In this document: piece by piece, positions 33,108 to 47,100 of the stretch
Position numbering within the stretch: position 1 is the first letter of the stretch
Layout: every line of letters starts with the position of its first letter
Assembly: GCA_012295275.1 (NCBI GenBank)
Contig: CM022674.1
Span: 1,054,001 to 1,118,000 of the forward strand
Origin: Chrysomallon squamiferum
Lineage: Eukaryota > Animalia > Mollusca
Length of the DNA stretch: 64,000 nucleotides
Reading direction: 5' to 3'
Position numbers and translations under genes: made by a program
The notes under the pieces: generated by a model
What the model was told of the DNA's origin: nothing
What the model saw: the letters and a program-made list of their open reading frames with translations, nothing else
The model's database searches: none

Positions 33108-33364
33108 GTAAATTTGTGTTATGTTGCTTAATAATGCTTTTCTAATTTACCTAAATTCCTCGATGCAGTAGTATATGTATATGTACTTAAGAAAGTAATA
33201 ACAATAACAATAACAATAATAATAATAATAACAACAACAAGAAGATGAAGATAATAATAATACTCATAATCATTATCATTGTTATCATGAAGTCAAAACT
33301 TGAAAGTTAATTCGAGTATTGTGATAATATATTTCAGACATTAAAATGTTATTTATTTATTTCA

Positions 33365-33402
<38 letters not shown>

Positions 33403-34008
33403 CAGATAAATTATTATTAAATTGAGAGACAGCATATCAGTTTCTGTTCTGTGACTGTTAAAGCCTGGTGTGTTATTTTTTTTTTTTACATTATTTTAGT
33501 TAACATATCTTTTGAAAAACTAATAAAGCAAACCCTTTCACAAGTTTGAGGCTCAAGACTGTGTCTATGTAATTACATGCAAAAATTACATTAATAATAA
33601 CATATTCATACTAAAATAATTCTACAACTAAAACTAATATACAGAAAGTATAAATTAAATGAACATGAAATTATAAATACTTTTCAGTTAGTTTTTAATT
33701 TACAAAACAATTTGCTTGTGTATATCTTTCAGTATGTTTTTGTTTAGTACAGCAGTCTATCTTGATTGAGATATTTTTGGTGCTTGTATATATTGCATTA
33801 TTCTTCCTCTGTTTATTAACAATAGTAGCAGTAATCACAATATGTTTCAATAGTTAATGTTTTTTTAAATGTCTACATTATTATCCTTCTTCTGATTATT
33901 ATTATTATTATTATTATTATGCTAATGTTAGTGATGATGATGATTACAGTGTAATATATTTTTATATTATTTATATGTACATGTATCATTCTTCTTCTTC
34001 TTTTTCTT

Positions 34009-34082
<74 letters not shown>

Positions 34083-34182
34083 TCTCTTTTTTTCTTCTTT
34101 TTTTTTCTTTTTTTGTCTTTTTAAATATTACATATTGGGATGCCAGTTTATAAATATTTGTTATTTACATATCTATTCACAG

Positions 34183-37100
34183 ATGAATTTCATCAAAAAA
34201 ATTATAACTCGAGGAACTAAATCTGAAAGTGACAGTGACTCGGATTCCGAGAAAAGTGAAAACTACAAATACCATTTGAAAGTGTTTGAAGATGTCACCA
34301 AATCATCTTCCTCCAGCTCAGGCATTGTTGACAATGACGATGAAACTTACCACAGTGCATCAGAAGCAGACAAATCTGACATTTCACACAGAGGGGAAAG
34401 TGATTCTGAAAGTGGGGAGAATTCTTTGGAAGGAATTGAAGTAAATTCTTCAGCAGAGAATGGTTCCACTGATATGGAATTAGAATTAAGAGGTAACGAT
34501 GATGAAGAAAGCAGCAGTCTGGTGGAGTTGGAAGAAGAAGAAGAAGAAGAAGGTCTGGTGGAGTTGGAAGAAGAAGAAGAAGAAGAAGAAGAAGAAGAAG
34601 AAGAGGAGGAGGAGGAGAAGAACTCAAAAACGAAACAGGTGAGACCAAGACTAAGGTATGTGGATTCGTCTGAGAGTGAGACTGGACCTATACACAGTTA
34701 CGATGAGGTCACTGAGGAAATTGATAAGTGTATTGAAACTATTTCTTCATCTCCAGGCAAGTCCACTGCTTCTGCTGTTTCTACAGCTGGCACAACCAAC
34801 TATGTGATGACACACTCACCGAATGAAGTCACTGTACCCAGCACCTCTACATCAAGAATGATGGATTTGGTGTCAATTGAAGAAGCTGAGGACCAGGCCT
34901 CAAGAAACAAACCTCCGGGGAATTTTAAGAGAAAAATTTCAGAAGTGGAACCTGAGTTGGTTACAAATGCTGACATCAGGTTCACAGGCGGATCTAACAG
35001 GCTGTTTAAATCAAACTTTGATGTGTCCAGTGAGTATGATGTTGTTAAAAAGCATAGCAAAAGTATGCCGTCAAAAAAGTCTCCTGTAACTCCTCATGTT
35101 CAGGTGAAATCTACAGCCGGACATGGAGTCAGTCCTGAGAACAGGATTAATAAGGGTAACACACCACGCAAGTCTCTTGTTTCAGCTGTTCTTGAAGCCA
35201 CAAAAACAGAGCTTGAGGATAAGAAAAAAGAGCAGCAGAAAGTGATCTACACATCAAGGAAAAGTTTACTGAAAGTAACTCAGCCTAATGAGTCGGCAAG
35301 CAAGAGCAGAACAAAACTGGAAAACGTCACCCATTTTTCATCACCATCGGTCGCAGTCAAACATGAACTAAATGACAATAATACTCCAACATCTACATCA
35401 CATCGTGATAACTCGAAGACCAAATCCTCATCCTTGGCCCCTCAGACTGCATCAACACAATTTCAGAATGATCCTAAACATCACCCAGAGCCAGCTGTGG
35501 CAATGAAAGATCATTTAAGCATCAGTGCAAGTAGAGCTGTCAACACAATTTCAAGATCATCTGATCAACAATCCTTCAACACTAGTCCTAGATTACCAGG
35601 CCCAGTAGTTTTCACTACTACTCCCAGATTACCAGGCCAAGTAGTTGTCAGCACTACTCCTAGATCATCAGGACAAGTAGTTGTCAAAACTACTCCTAGA
35701 TCATCAGGACAAGTTGTTCTCAAAACTACACCTAGATCACCAGGACAAGTAGTTGTCAAAACTACTCCTAGATCCTCAGGACAAGGAGTTGTCAAAACTA
35801 CTCCTAGATCACCAGGACAAGTAGTTGTCAAAACTACTCCTAGATCATCAGGACAAGGAGTTGTCAAAACTACTCCTAGATCACCAGGACAAGTAGCACT
35901 ACTCCTAGATCACCAGGACAAGTAGTTACCGAAACTACTCCTAGATCACCAGGACAGTTAGTTTTAAATTCCTATCCAGAAGATCTGAGCAAACATAAAA
36001 CAACAGAAGAAAACAACAGAAGACAAAATCTTAGTAGTAACATTATTCACAAAAAGATGGCTTCGACTGATGTTAATAAAAGAGACATTACTGTGGTATC
36101 ACCATCCACAAATCTGCCTTATCTGGTTTCTCATTCAACAGAAAGGCCTGGTGATGTTAATGAAATTAAGAGTGAGGCAAATGAGGCTACTCGATATTCT
36201 ACAGGACAGCCAAGATCTGAATATTCACTTCACAACTTCACTTCAGCCTTTCCAGAAGCTGTTACATCCTCTCCAGTTAACCAGACTTCAGACAAACTTC
36301 ACCAGACACATATGGTTAGTACTTTGGTTTCTACAGCTTCTCAGACGTATCCTCAATCAGCCATGCAGACTGCATCATCCACGTATGAACCAATGGAAAC
36401 AAATGAAGAGCCATACTTCCCACCAGTTGTAACATCATCTGTGGCTGTTACACACAGTCTCAACCTACCAGCAGGATCCACCGAGACTGGTACATCAGCA
36501 GCAGAAGTAGACTTAAACTCTTTCAGAACATCAATTTTGAGGCAACAGAAAGAGTTAGGTTTGCATGAACTGACAGGTTCTGTCTTACCACCAAGAGGAA
36601 ATGTTCAGTCTACACAAGCGACCACAGAAAAAAACTCAATCAGAGGAGCAAATTATCAAGCATTGACAACTCCAGCCACTAGTAGTGTTACAGTTAGCAT
36701 GCCCAGCCTTTCAGAAACCAGATATCAAAATCCAGTGAACCAATCAACACAACCAGCTTGGTCCTCGCTTGATTATGAACAGAATAACTCAACAAGAGAA
36801 ATCAACAGCTTTGTGAATTCACAGAAGCAAAATGTGGAAACAATAAGGAACCCATTTTACTCTGGAACATCAAACTCTGATAAGGAACCAAATATTATTT
36901 CCTTGAAGAACAAACTCAAAAATGAAGTAAATATTGGCAAAATTGGGGGGAAACCATCTGTGTCTTGTGAACAGCCAGTGACCTCTCCTCAGTCAACAAC
37001 TATTTATTCACCTTTCACCTCTCCTGCCAGAAACCAGCACGAAATGTTTCCAGTTTCACAGACTCCAGGACAGAACAAAGGAACAGCATCCATTCCACAC

Positions 37101-37813
37101 AATGATCAGTCTTCAGTGCAACAAAGCCAAGCTGGGATTTATCCAGCAAGCAGAACCCCATCTACACCAAGAGCTGCTCCTGAGAACATCAGTTCAACAG
37201 CTACAGCATCATCTTCACTTCAAAACAACCGACCATCACCGTCAGTGCAAGAAAGATTTCGAGGTATTCCAGTATCAGCAGTGCAAATAAAAACTGAGCC
37301 CACAAGACCCAAGACTCCTCCTGCTGAAGTAAATCCGCTGGCAAACAAAGGTGATAAGTATTCGTTTGAAGTTGCTGACAGACTCAAGATCCACATCTGC
37401 TATGACGACTTAGTTGCCCAGACAGTGGATGCTGTTGTAAATCCTACAGATGGGCAGCTGACTCACGTGAACAGAGCTTCATTGGCCATTGCAGCAGCTG
37501 CTGGCGATGATATGATCAGAGAATGCAAAGATTTTCTAGAACGGAATGCAGGCCCACTGGAAAAAGGTCAGGTGTTTGATACTCAAGCAAGTGGTACTCT
37601 GAGAGGAAAAGTGTCTCGTATACTCCATGTGAGCACACCAGTCTGGAGTCTAGTCGATGAGACTCAGAGTTGCTATGATCTGCTCAAGACCTACTTGAAC
37701 TGCTTGGTATATGCCAGTGATGAACTCAAACTGAAATCTATTGCCTTCCCACTGATAGGCTCAGGTGAGTAAATTGTGAACCAGTACTTTATTTTATTTT
37801 AACATGGTCTCAC

Positions 37814-37875
<62 letters not shown>

Positions 37876-38480
37876 TTCATTCTCCCTATATCTGTTTTAA
37901 AATAAAAAAATATACTATATCTTCAACAATTGCTTTGTTTGTTATGTGTATTTTAGTATTATTATTCTTTTTATTTTTTAATTTTTTAATTTAATTTTTT
38001 TTGATGTGGTGGCATTACAGGAAAAAGCTTCATCTTAATAATAATAACAACAAATTACCCTAACTATTTACTACTAAACTGTCACCTCTTCTTTCCAGTC
38101 CAGTCTAACAGTAACCCTCCGTCTTTCTTTCAGATTCGGAACACCCCATGGACGCTTGCATCAGTGCATTCTTCAAAGCACTGCTCGTCTTCGTCTTCGA
38201 GAAGCGACCGCAGTCGCGGCTTACCAACATCCACCTGGTCATCAACGACTTCTACCTTGCTCGCTTTTGTCTCCAGATGGTTCAGGACTACCTCGAGCAG
38301 ATCCTTCTTGAGGGAATTGACGGAGCCATGGCTGAGGCAGTGAACATCTTTTACGGTGGCAGCCAGTGGGAGAGGCAGCAGAACCACCTCAACGAGAGCA
38401 GAATGGCATCAGAGGTGGAGGAAGACACTGTTCCTAAGGCACTGTTTCGAGGACCAGCCATTAAGAGGCCTAGGCTGTAG
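34183..38480 (+). CDS. Large disordered protein with C-terminal degenerate macrodomain (~1311 aa if the frameshift at ~35896 is repaired)
   Basis: Acceptor cag|ATG at 34183. The long exon runs to 37764 (TCAG|gtgagt) and the final exon is 38134-38480. Macro fold signature: LKIHICYDDLVAQTVDAVVNPTD...AIAAAAG...LEKGQVFDTQASG...RILHVSTP...LLKTYLNCL...LKSIAFPLIGS...TNIHLVIND. Acidic poly-E tract and C-terminal PAIKRPRL. ORFs 34135-35925 and 36057-37772 join once 7 nt are restored. Confidence 0.8.
35581..35960 (+). repeat. Coding 36-bp minisatellite encoding (TTPRSS/PGQVVVK)n, ~10 units
   Basis: Unit ACTACTCCTAGATCACCAGGACAAGTAGTTGTCAAA. One unit at ~35891-35900 is 7 nt short. Confidence 0.9.
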
Positions 38481-39379
38481 TTGGAACGTCTCAAGATTTA
38501 AAAAAAAACAAAAAAACAACAACATTGTACATCTCTTTGACAGAGGTATTGTCACGAAGCAACAGGTTGTTTATATGTAATATATGACTTAAAATTCTAC
38601 ATTTCATTATTATCCAGTAAGTTACTGATATAGGAGTTAAAGTAGTGAGGAATATGTGATGTAATTTGTTAATATACATTTTAAATAGTATACAGTAGGT
38701 CAGTAACATTAAAATAATTACAATTAACAGGTCAATATAAAATGTAAATTATATATGACTACTTTTTTTGTTTGTTTGTTATGCATTGTTGGTAAGATTG
38801 AAAGATATAAAATAAGAATTTAAAAAGAGACACCAAAAAAACGTTAAAAGTATGTAGAATATATTTAGACTGTTTCTATGTATTGCTGTACCTGGACCTT
38901 AAATTATATTTATTTTGTTTTATTTTATTATATATGTGGGGTTTTTTTAATCTTTTTTTATCTTTTTTTTTTTTTAATTTGATTTAATATGCAGACACAA
39001 CTTCGCATAACAAAGTAGTGAAATTTCAGAGACAAAAATGAACGGTTCATTGAAAATCTTCTAACAAGTGCGATATTTTCCGATCTAACCTGTACTCCAG
39101 CACCAGTTTATCAAAAATATAAATTAACTGTTAAAAGATATCTTTTTTAATTTAGTGTCATCTAAAACCTAGTTTTTTTCCGTTTGTTTTTGAATATGGT
39201 ATTCATAATATTGTAAACAAAATTTTGTCTCTTTTTTTGTTGTTGTTTTGTTCTTTTTGTTGTTAGGTTTTGTTGGGTTTTTTTCTGTTTTGAGAATTGT
39301 ATTTTATTTGTTTAATCTATCTACTTTGTTTTATTTAGTTATTATATTTAATATATTTATTTATTATTATTAATGCTTA

Positions 39380-39454
<75 letters not shown>

Positions 39455-42400
39455 GTATAATTGTATTTACTGGTGCTTCATTTTATGGATAGTGGAGAGG
39501 TGAGGAGTAAGTTTCTGGATCTGTACAAGAAATATAGTGGATGTATACATTTTCAGCTGGATAATGTTTACTTTTCATTAATTAGATTACTTGATTTGTG
39601 AATATAATCATTTTTGTATATTATTTCAGTGTATTTAGCACACTGAAAACAATACCACCTATTTGTTCCTTGTAGATGTTTATTTATTTATATAGATAGA
39701 CAGATAGATAGATAGATAGATAGACAGATATATTTTATCAAAATGTTTATGATTTACTGTAGAACAATAACATCACTATGGTGGTGTCTTTAGTATAGAT
39801 ATAACTTCAAAAAGAATTTTTGTTCTGGTTTTTCTTTTTAATTTTATATTTATTTCTGTATGTATTTGTTTATTTTATTTTTATTTTATTTTATTTTTAA
39901 ATTTAATTTGATTTTTTCAGTTGTTTTTGTTTTTTTACTTTATTTGTTTTTATTAAATCAAACAGTGTATCTTAGATTAAAATTACTGTATATATCCATA
40001 TTAATATATTTTCAAATTTCTTTTCTGTTTTTCTTTTATTGTTATTATTATTTTTATTTTACTTCCCTGTGTTCTTTTCTATTTTGTTTTAAATTACACA
40101 GCTAAACAAAAATAAATATTTTTACACTCCTCATATTGTAAAATTAACATAAAATGTTCTTTTAATGCAATTTCCTGAAAATAAACAGGTAAATATTTTA
40201 CATTTATTTTATTTACTCTCATTTTTTCTGTCATTTCACATCATGAACCAGCTTTTAGCCTATCAAAATATTATATCAACCTAGCCTATGTGTATTAACT
40301 GTTCTGCTGTTAATGCACAGACATAACCTCTAATCCCCATCCCACCCCACCCCCAAAACCCACTGTGCAGAAGCTTGCCCTTCCCTGGTTTCCAGATTTA
40401 AAGAACACATTACCTGTTTGTGCCTCTGCTGTTATTTCACAGAGGTTATCAAAGGTGATTTTATCAAATTTACTGTTTATGAGAGGTTGCCTATAAAAGG
40501 TCCCTTACTTGCTAATCAGAGAAAATGGAATCTGTACTCTTGGACTATGTAATGATCTAAAAAAAAAAAATGACAGATAAACTGACAGTTTATATGAAAA
40601 CGAAATTAAATATTTATCATTTTGTTTCATGAAACTATTTATTTTAATTAAATGTCTGAGATCTATTTCAGCATTGTGGATAATCTGATAATTACAAAAT
40701 TAACTGACAAAAACTGAAGCTGAGTTAACTTAACATTTTATCTGTTATTGTTTTTGTAGATTTGTTATTGTTAATGTTGTTGTTGGTATTCATAATTTGT
40801 TGGTGATGTATCAGAAGAATTTGGTAACCTAGGCTATGAACAGGACAGCACTAACCATTAGGAAAAATAAGCACATGATGTTTGCTGTGTTGTTAGACTA
40901 AATTTTTGCACGCATGAAAAAAAAACCACACATACTTTTTGGGCCACCTCTTTTAAAAAGGTCTAGTAATTTAAAACTGGAGAAGTAACTCTGAACAATA
41001 CATCCAAGTAAATAACGAGTAATTTATCAAAGTGAATAGACTTCAGTCCATATTTATCTAGTCGTGTACAGTGATTGCAGGATGTGTGTCTTTATTTATT
41101 TATTTATTTATTTATACCTGTACAAAGAGAGATATTCATATAAAGCATAACCAACACATTCATATCACATAGGCAGTTATAATATTTATTCATCGAGATT
41201 AAATATCAAAGCATGTTATCCGTATTTATGCATATTCAAATGATATTTATATATGTAAAAAATCAGTAAAATTATTTAATACATATATTGAAACACAGCT
41301 GTATCATATAAAAGAATACTGATAGTGATATATCAAATATTAAAATGGCATTATGTAACATAAAAGTGAATTAATGTGTGTGTGTGTGTGAGATTTGTTT
41401 TGTAAACTTCCAACTTACTTTTTTAATTGTTGTCATCCAACCTTTGCCAATAATAAAATATATTTGTTGATGGACATACAACAGTGGTTGGCAAGATTAA
41501 GATTACTACTGCATCACCTCAAATTTTGGCAAAGTATTTGGAAAAGGAAAAGAAAAAACTGGTTCTGTTTTTTTTTATCTCTGTAAAATTTAGGGGAAAT
41601 CAAACCTTTTGCCTTTCTCAACCAGTGAATTTCCATTTACCAGTGAGCTGGGTTGCTGATATTTCCAGTTGTTTCTCGAGTCATTTCATGAGTTATTTCA
41701 TATTCAGAAATGAAGAAGAAGCAGAAAAACTCAGTACTTTGAATAAATCACTGAACTGCTGTGCTCTTCTCAGTCACAAGACTTTTTGTTGTTTTGTTAT
41801 TTTTACATACTTCATTATTAGCAAAGATTAGTTAGAAAAAAACAACAACAATTTTAAAAACACCAAAAAGATTGCTAGGAAGTATGCACTTTTATGTATT
41901 GCAAAATAAATAGTTTTAAAATAACTGGGATGAAAATCTTTCTGTAATCATTCTCGTGTCCAAAATTATTGTGTGCACTAACTTCCTTACACCATCCTAT
42001 GGAAGGCCATGTAAGGTCATTCACATCACTGAATAAAGAATTTTAAATCTTTGTTGTATAAAATAGTTCTGTGAATTCTGCTTCACAATTTCTTTAAAAT
42101 ATCACAAGTTTATTATGCTCTGATTAAAACTTATAAATGGAATATTTATTATAATGTGTGTGTATGTATGTTTAGGTTTATATGTATGTATATGTGTGTG
42201 TGTGTGTGTGTGTGCATGCATGTCTGTATAAACATTACATACAAAAATATACATATATAAAAATACACACACTCACATACATAGATACATATTAATACAC
42301 ATATATAAATAAAAAGACAAATATGCATGCACATATTTACACACACACACACACACACCTATATATAAATTCCACTAAATTCAGTCAAATTAATGACAGT

Positions 42401-44132
42401 AACAAGAAAAAGGATAACAAATACTGACAGCTCTGCCTAAACATAAAATAAAAAGAATACTGACTATAAATAGTTACCTGTTTTCTTGATTATATATGTG
42501 TTTCTTACCTGCAGCATAACATTTGCTGATATACATAGTATCAAACGCACACACACTCACACACAGACGCACACACAAATCATTTGTCAGCCTCATCTGG
42601 TGAGAAAACAGAAGAAGATAACTTTTCTGATGCAGGAGAAAATTACAGCCTGTTTCCACATTAAACTGATGCATAACAAAGAGAATAAAAATTTGTTTTT
42701 TAAAAACCTTCATCTGAGATGAAAAATTTTTATAGATCAAATCATCTTCAACAGACTTCAGGTACATTACTTATAATTCAGTATATGGAAAATATTTGCC
42801 TTATTTGTGTTTTCACACAAAACAGTAACACATAAAATTATAACTGTATACATCAGCAGAGAAATTATTGTTTTAAAATTTTATGTGGTAGATAAAATTC
42901 TAAACAACAAAACATTATGGTAATAGGTATATAGCTGATATAATTCAATTTGCATTTTTATCAAAAATAAATAACAGATAAATAAATAAATAAATAAATA
43001 AATAAAATTCATGAATAATAAAAACAAACAAACCAAAAAGTAATAAATAAATAAATAAATAAATAAAAATGCCAGAATAATAAAAACAAAAAGCAAACCA
43101 AAAACTACTAAATAAATAAAAATGTATATATAAATAAATAAATAAATAAACAAAAATGCATGAATAAAAACAAACAAGCAAAAAAAAAAAATAATAAGTT
43201 TTTTTTCTAAACATGTTTGAACTCTCACCAAAAGATGCCTGTGCATTTGTATCTATAACAATAACAGATTAAATATATAATTTTTAATATTGCAACAAAT
43301 AAATGCATAACAAAAACAAACATAACAAATAATAACACATTTGCAGTATAACAAATTATAATATTATTGTATAATAAATATTAATATGTAACAGTATACA
43401 ATTATCATGTTATGATTTTAGAGTAACAGAAATGCTGCTAGCATATATAAAAATTAACAAGAAAAACAATATAATAAACAACAAAAATAAAAATAATAAT
43501 AAATATATTTTATAACAATTATTACAATATTAATAATAAAAAAATAATAATAATAAATATATTTTATAACAATTATTACAATATAAATAAATAAAATAAA
43601 ATAATTAAATAATAATAATAAATAAATAAATTTTATAACAATATTAATAAATAAAATAAATAATAATAAATATATTTTATAATAACAATATTAATAAATA
43701 AATAACAGTAATAGCAATAAAGTATTTAGCTCATTCAAATGCAATATTACAAAATTGTGTGTGTACATAGATATACACACACACACATTACATACACAAA
43801 AATGTGTATGTGTTTTCTGTGCATATACAAAAAAATAAATGAATTATGCATGCATACATCTGTACGTCTGTATGTACCAAATCAATGGTCACAAAAAGCA
43901 ACATTGTTAAAGTTTCAGGAACAGATAGTGGCCTAACAACCAAGGAAGGTGTGTAACTTTTTTTTAATGCTTTTGACTTGTCAATGATTTTTTTGTTGGG
44001 GTGCCTAATAAACCAGTCAAAAATAAAGCAAAATCTTTTCTTTTTCTTCATTTTTTTTAAATTTTTTTATTTATTTTGAATTTCTGAAAGCACTGGTTAG
44101 AATGGAAGATGAAAAAAAAAAAACAAACAGAA

Positions 44133-47100
44133 TCAGCTGTCCATGCTGTGTCTCAGATCAGAATCAGTCTCTTCCAGGTACTTCCTCATCACCAGCCTGT
44201 GTTCCGTGTCGCCGGGGAAACAGTTCTGATTTCCCGAGTACTGGAACCCGGCCAGCTGCACCTGACTGATCCACGACTTGACGCGGTTCATCTGAGCCAG
44301 GTCGAAACTGCTGTTAAACAAATCACCACCTCCTCCCCCTCCCCCTCCTCCTTCTCCTCCTCCCCCTCCACTGCTTCTCACACCAACAACTTGTGTGTTA
44401 TCAGTCACAGAAAACCTGACGCTGGAATTAACTTTCTCTTCTTCTTGCCTTCTCATCTCTTTCTCGTATTTGCCAAAACCTGAGACGTTCGGACCGGGAT
44501 ATTTGTGGGCGTGGCCATGGTCTGGTGTGTCCGGTGGTGGCCTTTTCTCAAAACTGCTGTAAGTCTGGGAATTCAGTTTGTGGTCTCTGTGGCTGTTTGG
44601 CAAGAATTCCGAGCGCACGTTGTCGTAGTTTGCCTCCGCGTTGGTCTGTTGTGGACGCGACGCAAGCTGAAACGAAGCAGAGGCTCTGAACCCACTGCTG
44701 TTGTATTTCTGAAGGTCACTCTCTGAAAACTGCTGCAGAGGGGCGAAAGATGTCACTGACCTGTCTGGAACTGAATCGAGGCGACGTTCGTTGTTAGTGG
44801 TCGAAGACGTCAGGTCTCCGTTTACTGGTGCAAGTCGTCTTGAATTGTGGCTTCCGTATTCAGAAGAATCGTCTGAGTAATTTTTCCCCTGATCTCGACT
44901 GCTGCTCTTGAAATCATCGCTGAACTGAAGCTGAAATTTTGAAATTGGTTTCACCATCGTGGGATACTGTGCGCTCGTATCGCTGGCGAAAGTACTGCCT
45001 GTCACGTTTGACTGAACGTTCGGAGACGTCTTCTCCACTTGGTTTTCTTGCTGGTCCACTGGCGACTTTCGCTTGTCACTTTCTCCCGAGACACTCGAGT
45101 CTTTGACCGACTGTTTCGAGCTCTGGTCTCCGACCATGCTGAAAGATTTGCTTTTTCGAAACCTGGTTTGTTTCCTTCCGCGTTTAAAATTCGAGGGGAA
45201 CTGGGAATACGTGGGTTTGGTTACGTCATCGAGAGGTTCATGGTAGATCCCGTGTTTCTTCATGTGCCAGTTCAGTGCTGCCCTCTGGCGACAGGCGTAG
45301 TTACAAATGTCACACTTGTGAGGCTTCTCGTCGTTGTGGATTCGTAAGTGGACAGTCAGATGTTTCTTGGCGTAGAACCGGCGATCACAATCGGGCCAGG
45401 TGCAAGGGAAGAGCCTCAGTTTCAAGTGCACCATGTTGATGTGATTGGTCAGACTTCTCCTGAAAGCAAACTTCATGTCACAACCCTCGTGAGGACAGAA
45501 ATGTTTTTCAGTTTGAGGTGCACCGTGTTGTAGTGGCGACGCAGGTGGTCGTGCGTTGCAAACAGTTTGTTGCAGACGTTGCAGGGGATGATTTTGCCAC
45601 GATGCGTGAGCTGATGTTTTCTGAAAGACTGTTTCAAAATGTACTCGTTTCCGCACTGATCACAGACGTACTTCTTCAGCGTGTCCTCGACAATCCCGTG
45701 CACTTCAGCCAAGTGCTTCTGGACATTGATGGTCACCTTGAACTGCTGACCACAGATGTGACACAGCGTGGTCTTGGGCAGCGGTTTGACCTGATGTTCC
45801 TTGACCACGTGCTGCCTCAGTTCCGACTTCGTGTGACATGTAAAGAAGCACATGTTGCACCTGTGCGTGGCTGGGTGTTTTTCTGACTGATGTGAGTCCA
45901 GCAGAGTCTTGTTCTTGAACCGAGAAGCGCAGAACGAACACTTGTGTGGCTCGTGCTCAACAAGATGCAGTTTTCCTTCAGCTTTTGAATTAAACCTCAC
46001 CTCACATACCTCACACTGGAATGTGCTGCAAGAAACTTTTATCAACTTTGGTCTCCTGAAATCACAGCTGTTCACTTCTCTCTCGGAATTTGAAAGATTT
46101 TTCTCACTGTTATTTTCTTTGGCATCGTCTGTGACTTCTGCAGGCTTTTTTGCCTTCTGCCACCTTAATTTCCTTCCATCGACAGTTTTCAAGTGTTTTT
46201 CCCGTGGTGGTCTGGTCACTGTCTTTATTCGCCTACTGCGACGAAGTTTCCGTTTTCTGTCACCGCAACCTTTCTGAGGACTCCAGTCTGAATCTGAATC
46301 CTTAGAGACGTGATCGTCACCCACATCACTGTGTGATGTCAAGTCATAATCTTCTGTTGCATCAGCATCGTCATCATCGTGAAAACACTTCTCCACTTTC
46401 ACACAAACTGTTTCATCTTTCACTTTTGCACTGGAATCATTACCGCACTCATCGTCGTTTTGACAAGGATGCTCCGACTTGACAACAGCATGGCTGTTAA
46501 GTACCGAAGATTCACCATCGTCATTCGTAACAGCTGAACACGGATCAACACTTTTTTCACAATCCGAATCACTAGCGGTGTACTTCTCTGAAAGGTTTCT
46601 GTTCAACATCTGAGAGTCAACCCTGTTGATACAAACGCGAGGCTGTAAGCACAGCTGACTCTCCAGAGAATGTTTTACACTGACTTCTTTAATCAGTGGC
46701 TGTTCTTCTGTCACTGAAATGTCGTTCTCAGAACATCTTTCCCATGTGAATGCAGATTTAGACTTCCTTTTTTTCCTTTTTGTCGTGAAGATGGATCGTT
46801 TAGGAGCTAGATTCACAGTACCAAACTCTTCAGCATTCGGAATTCGAGTCGGTCTTACTTGACGAGCTTTTCGTCTTGAGGTTCTTTTCAAACCATCATC
46901 TTCACCTGGCTGTTGCTGACAAGTGCTTGAATCCAAAAAGAAAAGGAAATTATTTATTAGCAACAGTCATGAAATATTAACTTTTGATAGATGTATATTT
47001 CTCAGTTCTTTGTTTATATCAATATTATTATCATTATGCTGTTAGGAATTACTTAAATCAAGGAAAATAAAAAATTATTCCCAAGGGCAAAAATCAACCA

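Noticed and set aside
45473-45656. Programmed ribosomal frameshift between the two ZNF ORFs
   Set aside because: A single missing A in a homopolymer explains it more simply, and there is no clear slippery heptamer with a downstream structure.
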